Below, piece after piece: positions 26,829 through 35,400 of a DNA stretch of 64,000 nt. The first letter of the stretch is position 1, and each line of letters opens with the position of its first letter. Below the pieces are notes generated by a model. The model had not been told where the DNA came from. It was given only the letters and a program-made list of their open reading frames with translations, and did no database searches. Origin of the DNA: an archaeon (GTDB lineage: Archaea; SpSt-1190; DYHY01). Both the position numbers and the translations under genes were made by a program. The stretch covers positions 46,363 to 110,362 of the forward strand of contig JBBIPP010000002.1 of NCBI GenBank assembly GCA_037442745.1, read 5' to 3'.

Positions 26829-28268
26829 CTGGGGCGAAACTCCTCTGCAAAAGGGAAGAGAATCCTCCTAGTAAACCCCCCTGCCGGAAAAGTGTTCATA
26901 CGGGAGGGAAGGTGCATGAACAGGCAGTCAACCTGGGACTCTGTCTGGCCACCCCTAACACTTATGTACATTTCCGCAGCCCTCAAGGAAACAGGCTTTA
27001 GGACAATGATACTTGACGCAAACGTTCTACCGGAAGACGAGCTTGAGAGGAGCGCGAGAGAATTTTCCCCCAATCTCTCAATTGTCAACACAGCAACCCC
27101 GACTTTCGGGGCTGATCTCGAATTCTCGGGGAAGCTGAAAAAAATGGGATCCCTAATTGCTCTTGTAGGAGTTCATCCGACAGCCCTCCACAAGGAGGTT
27201 TCAAAGGACTCGAGAGTTGACTTTATTGTCAGGGGGGAGCCGGAGGAGACTTCGCGGGAGCTCGCGCTCGCGCTCTTTTCTGGAAAGGACCTCTCAAAAG
27301 TCAGGGGGCTATCATGGAAAAGGGAATCTGGAAAGGCTGTCCATAACAAGGAGAGGCCCCTCATTAAGAATCTCGACTCCCTGCCTTGGCCGGACAGGGA
27401 AGGGGTTGACAATTCCCGCTATAAAATGCCATTTTCAGGGGAACCCTTTGCAATAATCAACCCTTCTAGGGGATGCCCATATAGCTGCACTTTCTGCACA
27501 GCCTCAATTTTCTACGGAAAGTCCTTCCGCAAGCGCTCCCCTGTCTCAGTCTGCAACGAAATATCAGAGTGTGTCTCGAAATACGGGATACGGACATTCC
27601 TTTTCTGGTCTGACGAATTCACGCTCGACAGAAAATTCGTCCTCGCCCTGTGCCGGGAAATACGGAAGAGGGCGTGGCTTGGAATAAAATGGTTCGCGAA
27701 CAGCAGGATTGACACCTGCGATTCCGAGCTTTTCAGGGAAATGAGGCTGGCTGGCTGCTTCCTTGTTTCATTCGGAATAGAATCTTCCGACCAGAGAATA
27801 CTCGACCTTGCCCGGAAAGGGACATCCGTTTCAATTGCCAAAAAAGCCGTTCTTGCCGCAAAAGGGGCTGGGATGGAGACAATTGGCCATTTCATTTTCG
27901 GCCTTCCCGGGGAGACTGCCGAGACTGCGAAAAACACAATAGAGTTCTCAAAAGGGCTCGGGCTCGACTATGCCCAGTTCTACATTGCAACTCCGTATCC
28001 GGGAACCCCTTTCCACGGGCATTGCGTCAAAAACGGCCTGATAGAATCGCCCGACTATTCCAAAATGGAAATAAGCAACGCCGCAATAAGGCAAGGGAAC
28101 CTCTCCGCTCAAGATCTTCTGAGAATAAGGAGGGCTGCATACAGGGAATTCTATTCAAGACCCCTTTTCGCCCTGAAAAAAGTAATAAGTGTCCTAACGA
28201 AAGGCGGGCTCTTTGGAGCTCGCTCGGCATTCAGGTATCTCTCCGACTGGGGCGAAATGTGGAAATGA
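26829..28268 (+). CDS. B12-binding-domain radical SAM protein
   Basis: KRILLVNPP (upstream of the GTG at 26892), WPPLTL, GVHPT, SRGCPYSCTFC, FGIES, TPYPGT. Start placed tentatively at CTG 26829. Confidence 0.9.
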   Translation: MGRNSSAKGKRILLVNPPAGKVFIREGRCMNRQSTWDSVWPPLTLMYISAALKETGFRTMILDANVLPEDELERSAREFSPNLSIVNTATPTFGADLEFSGKLKKMGSLIALVGVHPTALHKEVSKDSRVDFIVRGEPEETSRELALALFSGKDLSKVRGLSWKRESGKAVHNKERPLIKNLDSLPWPDREGVDNSRYKMPFSGEPFAIINPSRGCPYSCTFCTASIFYGKSFRKRSPVSVCNEISECVSKYGIRTFLFWSDEFTLDRKFVLALCREIRKRAWLGIKWFANSRIDTCDSELFREMRLAGCFLVSFGIESSDQRILDLARKGTSVSIAKKAVLAAKGAGMETIGHFIFGLPGETAETAKNTIEFSKGLGLDYAQFYIATPYPGTPFHGHCVKNGLIESPDYSKMEISNAAIRQGNLSAQDLLRIRRAAYREFYSRPLFALKKVISVLTKGGLFGARSAFRYLSDWGEMWK

Positions 28269-29092
28269 TTTGGATAGGGCGGATTTATCGCTTCTCGGAC
28301 ATTCTCCCAATTCTCGCCCTCTCCCTTCTGCCATTTGCGTATTCTCCCGAAAGGGAAATCGGAACGCTCGCAATAGACATCCCGATATCTTTTTTCGCCC
28401 TATCTTTCGCATTTTCAATAAACGATTTGTTCGACAGCAGGATAACAGGGGAATCTAACAATATCGGGAGGTTTTCCGGAAAATACGGGAGACTCCCCGG
28501 AATCTCACTTTCAGCGCTTCCTGCATTCCTCTCAATATTATTGGCAACGCTTTTCGGAATCCCCACTCCTGCAATTGGGGCTCTCCTCGCATTCCTACTA
28601 GTTTTCTTCCTGTATTCCGCCGAATTCCCGAGAGCGAGGGATTATCCGGGGCCGGATTTCGTTTTCAACATTCTCGGATATTTCCTGCTTCTTGCGAAAT
28701 CCCATCTGATGCATTTCAAAGAGCTTTCGGACGGCCTGCCGGGGCTACTCGCATCTTCAGTTTTCCTAATTTCCTTTTGCGCAGTTGCCGAGGCAATCCA
28801 CGAGCTCGCGCATGAGCGAGAAGACAGGGCTTCCGGAAGAAAAACCCTTTTCGCCCTCCTTGGACGTAAGGGGGCTGTTATACTCGGGATTGTTCTCGTC
28901 CCACTGCCAATCATTTTCCTCCCGGTTTACGGGTTTTGGCATACCGGGACGTGCGTTCTTTTCTCAGCGCTCCGTCTCTCAAGAGTAATTTCCTGCAAGG
29001 GTGTTGGCAGGGATTATTCCTCTCTGAGAAAACGGCTCTTTGGGCGAGAAGAACTGCTTGCCCATCTTGCCCTTTTCCTCATCGGAGGATAA
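28265..29092 (+). CDS. UbiA-family prenyltransferase-like membrane protein
   Basis: INDLFD first Asp motif, LYS..P, degenerate second motif HELAHEREDRASG.KT; multiple TMs; ATGA overlap with the upstream stop. Confidence 0.75.
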   Translation: MIWIGRIYRFSDILPILALSLLPFAYSPEREIGTLAIDIPISFFALSFAFSINDLFDSRITGESNNIGRFSGKYGRLPGISLSALPAFLSILLATLFGIPTPAIGALLAFLLVFFLYSAEFPRARDYPGPDFVFNILGYFLLLAKSHLMHFKELSDGLPGLLASSVFLISFCAVAEAIHELAHEREDRASGRKTLFALLGRKGAVILGIVLVPLPIIFLPVYGFWHTGTCVLFSALRLSRVISCKGVGRDYSSLRKRLFGREELLAHLALFLIGG

Positions 29093-29154
29093 ATATCTCC
29101 CAGTCGGGAATAGTTATTAAACAAGGAAAGCGCCCTTCCATCGGGAAAAAGAGA

Positions 29155-30168
29155 ATGCTTGCAAAAATTTCCAGAATTGTTCTCGGGGGGGTTCGCCTCG
29201 CTCTCGGAAAAAAAGCCCCTCTGTTCGTCAGCCATTATGTCAATTTCAGGTGCAACCTGTCGTGCAGTTACTGCGGTACTTGGAAGGAACGCCCAAAGGA
29301 GCTCTCGACCCGGCGGATAAAGGAGATTATGTCAGAATTCTCCCGGGCCGGGACTATTTCCTGGAACATTTCCGGAGGGGAGCCCTTCCTCAGGAAAGAC
29401 ATTGGCGAACTGGTGTCAAATGCGAAATCAAGGGGAATGGCTGTTTCAATAAACACGAACGGGACGCTTCTTGAAGAACGGGCGAAGGAGCTAATGGGAA
29501 TTGACCTGATATCAGTCTCCCTTGACGGAGGGGAAAAACTCCATGACGGAATACGGGGCAAGGGCGTTTTCAAAAAAGCGGTATCCGGAATAAAAAAGGC
29601 GAAATCCCTCGGGATAAAGATATCAATAATGGCTGTCCTCTCGCCAATTACTCTGGCCGACAACTGCCGGGAGGTGTCCGGGATAATTGCCCTTGCCAAA
29701 TTGCTTAGAGTCCAGGTCGCTTTCCAGCCAATGCACTCTGACCGCTACAACAAAATGTCAGAGGAACTTGACTATTCGCCAATAGCATTCACCCACAAGA
29801 ACTACCTGAAGGCGGTCGGGATAATAGAGCGCGAGAAGAAGAAAAATCCCTGGCTAATAAGAATGTCTCCAGACTATATAGAGAAACTGAAGAGCGCGAG
29901 GCCCCATCCCTGCTTTGCCGGAAAGAATTTCTGCATAATAATGCCTGACGGGCGGATTGCTCCCTGCTTTGTCAAGGAGGGGGAAAGCTCGTTCCCTTCC
30001 GCTAGCGTCAGGAATTTCAAAAAGCTCCGGGAATATCCAAAATGCTTCTGCCACTTCAACTGCTATTCTGAATGGAACTTTGCTCTCTCTCTTAACCAGA
30101 AGAGCGTTCCGCACTATTTCTCAAACTACCTCTTCAGGGCCAAAGGGCGTGGAAAGCGGGGCGACTAG
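29155..30168 (+). CDS. Radical SAM protein with twitch/SPASM-like C-terminus
   Basis: CNLSCSYC, SGGEP, SLDG, CFAG...I.PDG.I.PC, CFCHFNC. ATG at 29155. Confidence 0.9.
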   Translation: MLAKISRIVLGGVRLALGKKAPLFVSHYVNFRCNLSCSYCGTWKERPKELSTRRIKEIMSEFSRAGTISWNISGGEPFLRKDIGELVSNAKSRGMAVSINTNGTLLEERAKELMGIDLISVSLDGGEKLHDGIRGKGVFKKAVSGIKKAKSLGIKISIMAVLSPITLADNCREVSGIIALAKLLRVQVAFQPMHSDRYNKMSEELDYSPIAFTHKNYLKAVGIIEREKKKNPWLIRMSPDYIEKLKSARPHPCFAGKNFCIIMPDGRIAPCFVKEGESSFPSASVRNFKKLREYPKCFCHFNCYSEWNFALSLNQKSVPHYFSNYLFRAKGRGKRGD

Positions 30169-30171
30169 GCT

Positions 30172-31497
30172 GTGGAGAAAAAATTCGGCGCCCTCTTGCT
30201 TTTCATAATTGCACTCTCAATTCTCGCGAGAATATTCTTCTTCCTCTCGCCGACATACTATGCGGAGGAGAACATCGGGATTGCGAGCTCAATTGCAATT
30301 AGGGCGGACGGTCTCCGCCCGTATGCCGATTTCATCAATTCCCACCCCCCTTTCCACCTCTATCTCTTGTCAACATTCTCAGAAATCTCCGGGCTCAATG
30401 ACCCGATATTTTCTGCGAAACTCCTCTCACTTATTCTCTCCGCCGGAATGCTTGTTCTGATATACATGGCAGGCGGCCTTGTTCCGGCCTCAATATTTTC
30501 AGCATCTCTGCCGTTTTTCCACTGGTATTCTCTCTCAATCCCCCTTCTCCCCACTGCCTTTTTCCTTCTGGCTTTCCACGTTATCCAAAAAAGGCAGGGA
30601 ACGCAGGAGCTCTCCTCCCTCAAGGCAGTTGTGGCTGTCGGGGCAATCTTCTCAGAGCTCTCCGCAATTCCGGCATTAATCCTCCTGACAATTCTCTTCG
30701 GAACTCCCGGGGCCAGGGGCAAATGGAAGCTTGCCATAAAAGCGCTTTTCGGCACAGCATTGTTGGGGTTTGCATTCTTCATTCTTGCGGGAAAGCCCTT
30801 CCTTGAAAACGTAATCCTTGGCCAGCTCGAGGGGAGGGCGCCAATAATTCTCCTTGACCTTGCGGGCTCATTTGCAAGGAATTCAGGGGAAATCCTGATT
30901 TCAATTGTTTCCGCATCGTTCCCCCTTGTTGCTCTTGCCTCAATTTCCCGCGACAGGAAAGGTCTCCTGTTTTTCGCCATTTCCCTTGCGCTCTTTGCAA
31001 TATTCCTCCCGAACCTCTCAAACAACACACTCCAGTTCCTTGTCCCTTTCCTCGCGCTCTCCGCCGGAAAGGCAATTGAGGCCCGCCCCGGAGCGTTCGC
31101 AATAATTCCGGCAATTCTCGCCTTTTCCGCAATCCTAGCCATTTCCGCAGAAGGAGGGTTGATTGGCCGGACTCATGAGCTGGAAAGAATGTCTTCTTTG
31201 CTAATTAACGGGAAGCGGGGAATTTCCGACCCGACAATATGGGGGAGTCCTGAGGCGTCCCTCCTATCAGTCAAGACCGGAATACCAGTTGCGGAGAATT
31301 TTTTCGAATCAACCCCGACAATGCTAGGAATTCTGTCCTCCAAAAATTTCACGGATTTCCCCCGCCCGACTTTTCTTGTAGTGTCCGAATATTACGGGGC
31401 AATCGACTTTTACGGGGAAAAGCTCGAATATGAGGAAATCAGTTCCAACAGAGAACCTGCGGTCGGAACAATAAAGGTTTATAAAAGAAAAGAATAA
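30172..31497 (+). CDS. GT-C fold (PMT/ArnT-like) membrane glycosyltransferase
   Basis: EE acidic pair after TM1, PYADF..HPP loop, multiple TMs. Confidence 0.7.
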   Translation: MEKKFGALLLFIIALSILARIFFFLSPTYYAEENIGIASSIAIRADGLRPYADFINSHPPFHLYLLSTFSEISGLNDPIFSAKLLSLILSAGMLVLIYMAGGLVPASIFSASLPFFHWYSLSIPLLPTAFFLLAFHVIQKRQGTQELSSLKAVVAVGAIFSELSAIPALILLTILFGTPGARGKWKLAIKALFGTALLGFAFFILAGKPFLENVILGQLEGRAPIILLDLAGSFARNSGEILISIVSASFPLVALASISRDRKGLLFFAISLALFAIFLPNLSNNTLQFLVPFLALSAGKAIEARPGAFAIIPAILAFSAILAISAEGGLIGRTHELERMSSLLINGKRGISDPTIWGSPEASLLSVKTGIPVAENFFESTPTMLGILSSKNFTDFPRPTFLVVSEYYGAIDFYGEKLEYEEISSNREPAVGTIKVYKRKE

Positions 31498-31517
31498 AAA
31501 AGGCTGGACGCCTGAAA

Positions 31518-32432
31518 ATGTCAATGAAAAGGGGGCTTTTGGCTAGAGGGGGCTTTTCCCTTGTTTTCTTCTCCCTTTTCTCAGTTGTTGCGACTTCCCT
31601 CGCCCTTTTCGCAGTTCCGAACCAGAAAATACTTCTCGGAGGAGCGCTTCTTCTTTTTGCCGGGATATTGGTTGGCGCATATTACAGGGTTCCGAGGAGG
31701 AGGAGGATTAGGAGGAAACAGGTCACAAAATTCGTTTCTAAGAATGCGGACATTCTTGCAATAACCGGGGCAATGCTTGCTGTTGGGATATACTTTATTG
31801 TCTTCAAGTTCCCCTTCGCTGCCGGGACAATAAACAACACCCCTGCGGTAGTAGTTTCAATAGATTCCGGCGACCCCTATACTGCCTTCCAAGGAGGGCA
31901 CACAATCGGGATTTCCTCTGTTCCTAACTCAAACACAGGGAACGCAATAACCTGCTATGCGGACAACGACACTTCCTGGGTCGGCGCCCAGTCCTGCACA
32001 GCTTGCGCCTCCTCCTGCACGGCAGGCCCCTATTCCTGCACCATCGGGAGCTTCACTCTTGCCGGTTGCGGGTCAACGCAGACAGTATATGTGAGGTGCT
32101 CAGATTCCCAGGCTCCGACAACATACACAACAACGCAGTCAGACACAATTGTCTGCGACAACACTGCTCCTGTTGCAGGGACAATTTCATCACCCGCAAC
32201 AGGGACATATGACGCTGACGGCTCATTCAACATTGTCTGGGCGGGAGGCTCAGACGCCCAATCCGGAGTAGCGTCCAATACCCTTTACAGAAGGATCGGG
32301 ACCCTTTCCAACGGAGCCTGCTTAGGCTATGGCTCATATTCTTCTATTTCAACAACGCCCGGGACAACTGCCCAGAGCGGGCTTGGGACAGGATGCTATG
32401 AATACAAGGTGACCACTTGCAACAATGTCTGA
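31518..32432 (+). CDS. Membrane-anchored surface protein that stops in the middle of an FN3-like repeat
   Basis: Three N-terminal hydrophobic helices, Cys-rich ectodomain; final repeat ends GCYEYKVTTCNNV-stop, whereas its homolog in the next gene continues to KVDTSAP. Confidence 0.75.
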   Translation: MSMKRGLLARGGFSLVFFSLFSVVATSLALFAVPNQKILLGGALLLFAGILVGAYYRVPRRRRIRRKQVTKFVSKNADILAITGAMLAVGIYFIVFKFPFAAGTINNTPAVVVSIDSGDPYTAFQGGHTIGISSVPNSNTGNAITCYADNDTSWVGAQSCTACASSCTAGPYSCTIGSFTLAGCGSTQTVYVRCSDSQAPTTYTTTQSDTIVCDNTAPVAGTISSPATGTYDADGSFNIVWAGGSDAQSGVASNTLYRRIGTLSNGACLGYGSYSSISTTPGTTAQSGLGTGCYEYKVTTCNNV

Positions 32433-35400
32433 ATTGCTGAAAAGGAAAATGGGCTTTCTCTTCCTCACCTTCCTATTTTTGGCTCTCCTGACTCTTTTCC
32501 AGGAGGCTGTTCCCGGATATTCGGATTCGTGCTCAATAACAGGGACAGTAGACTATGGAACAAGACGTTGCGACGGATGGAGCGGATGCTCTCCGACTTC
32601 TCCTGTCGGAGCTCCCTGCACCTGCTGGTTCTACGGAGACTCCTGCCCCTGCGGATGCCAGTCCGGCTACAGCCTTCCTTGCGGGGACTTGTGCGCTTCC
32701 GGACGATGCAACCCCTGCTCAACCACAACAACCTCTTCAACAACTTCCACAACAGTCACAACAACAACAACCTCTTCAACAACTTCCACAACAGTCACAA
32801 CAACAATCCCAATCTGCTCAGAGTCCTCAACAGTTGTAGTTAAGGTAGACACCTCCGCCCCGACAGGTTCCAGCATTTCCTCCCCCGAATATTCCGGAAT
32901 AATCACACAAATCACTCTCACTAACGGAACTGACGCCCATTCGGGCCTTGCCTCAACCCAGCTAGCGTATGAGACCGCAACCCTTTCGAACAACGTTTGC
33001 GGAAGCTTTTCTGGAGCAACTGTAATCGGGAACAACCCGGGCTCTCCATACTACCATTCCACAATTTTGGACGGAACCTGCTACAGGTACAATTTCACGA
33101 ACACTAACTTGGCTGGAAGAACCTCCCTAGTAAGTTCAACTACAAAAGTCGACATGACACCTCCGAATTCCACAATATCCTACCCGGTTTCCGGAATGCA
33201 TCTGAAGGGCTCGATAACAGTTTCCGGAACTGCCCAGGATTTGCCCCTCTATTCTGGGGTTAAAAACGTAACATTCTGGAACGGGACCAACTGGACATCA
33301 GTCACTGGCACAACTTCCTGGACAAAAGGAGTAGATACTGCGACAGTAGCCGACGGAGTCTACTATTTTGTGAGCGATTCTTATGACAATGGCGAAGTCT
33401 CAGAAACCGTCCCGAACGAGGGAATTCTTAACCTTGATTTCGAGACTGGAACACCTCCAGCTCCCCCGACATACTGGACAAGCAACTTAGTAGGGAATTG
33501 GAACCTCACAACTGGAGACAGGATTCCCGGACCCGGAACAAAGTCAATTAACGGCTCGACAACTGGCACTAGCAGTTGGATATGCACAGATGCCAAGGAC
33601 TATGGGACATCGGTTGCTGGATATACATTCAACCTGACTGGATATCTAAAGCCTGTCGGAATGTCCGCATTGGCCAATATACTGATTATTTTCCAAAATT
33701 CCACCCAGGCGGAAATCGGAAGGAAAGTCGCCCAGACAGTTACCGGAAACTCCAACTGGACATTCGTATATGCGAGCATGGCCGCTCCTGCCGGAACCAC
33801 AAGAGTAGTTGTCTGCATTGATCGCTTTGCCGGAACAGGATATGTCCTTGCCGACAATCTGGCAATAACCAGGAGCGACAGGAAGAACACAGCAACCTCA
33901 GAAACCGTCCCGAACGAGGGAATTCTTAACCTTGATTTCGAGACTGGAACACCTCCAGCTCCCCCGACATACTGGACAAGCAACTTAGTAGGGAATTGGA
34001 ACCTCACAACTGGAGACAGGATTCCCGGACCCGGAACAAAGTCAATTAACGGCTCGACAACTGGCACTAGCAGTTGGATATGCACAGATGCCAAGGACTA
34101 TGGGACATCGGTTGCTGGATATACATTCAACCTGACTGGATATCTAAAGCCTGTCGGAATGTCCGCATTGGCCAATATACTGATTATTTTCCAAAATTCC
34201 ACCCAGGCGGAAATCGGAAGGAAAGTCGCCCAGACAGTTACCGGAAACTCCAACTGGACATTCGTATATGCGAGCATGGCCGCTCCTGCCGGAACCACAA
34301 GAGTAGTTGTCTGCATTGATCGCTTTGCCGGAACAGGATATGTCCTTGCCGACAATCTGGCAATAACCAGGAGCGACAGGAAGAACACAGTAACTGTCAC
34401 CTTCGACAACTCCGCCCCTTCCGCCGGAACTGTCTCAGTCCCAGCCTACAACCTATCGAACTGGATAATTGCGACAATTACGAACGGAACTGACGCACTC
34501 TCGGGAGTTTCGAACACTACCCTATGGGTCAACGAGACAACATATTCCTCCGGAGTCTGCGGGGCAGTCGGAACTGTCTCAATTAACTCCACAAATCCAA
34601 CCGGCTCATACAACCACACCGGCCTAACAACCGGATGCTACGGCTACATTCTGACAACAACTGACCGTTCGGGAAATTCAGCTAACTCGACTCAGGTATA
34701 TTCGAGAATTGACCTCTCAGCTCCCTCCGAGGCAACAGCTCCCTCCTGCCCCTCCTATGACGGGGACGGAAACTTTTCATTAACATGGGGAACCGGAACT
34801 GACCCTGATTCTGGAGTTTCCGAAAATCGCCTGTGGGTCAGGAACTATACGAGCCTTACCGGGGACTTGTGCGGATCCGCCCAGTCCTGGGAATCCGTCT
34901 CAACTAGCACAGGAACAACTGCAATAAACTTCAGGACCTCCGGATGCTACGAGTACAAAATCCAGACAACTAACAACGTCGGAAAGGATGCGAACTCGAC
35001 TACCTGCATAACGAAGGTTGACACGAGCGCGCCATCGCAGGGGACTCTTGGGCTGTCCGCATATTCAAACTCAACTGCGTATGGCATTACAATAACAAAC
35101 GGAACTGACGGAAACACGAGCATTGCGAACACTACCCTTGAGCGGGCTGAAGGTACTCTTTCAGGGGATGTCTGCTCATCCTATTCTGTGTGGTCTGTCA
35201 TTGCAACCAGTCCGGCAAACCCCTATTCAGAATCCGGCCGGACGACCAAGTGCTACAAATACAGGCTAAACATTACTAACGCCGCAGGCCTTGTCAATTC
35301 CTCCGTCGAATACGAAATAAAAGTTGACACAACAGCTCCGACGGGAGTCTCCCTCACAACACCCACAGGATACATCAAGGGGACGACCATCAAGCTTATT

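Noticed and set aside
28022-29154. Long N-terminal extensions in the ORF track (28022, 28936; also 19448, 24113, 52741, 56933, 62777)
   Set aside because: They overlap neighbours or promoters and precede the first family motif; downstream ATGs fit better.
33399-34390. Diversity-generating retroelement TR/VR pair (also considered for 10931-11687)
   Set aside because: Copies are identical with no adenine-specific mismatches, both are in frame inside the gene, and no reverse transcriptase is present.
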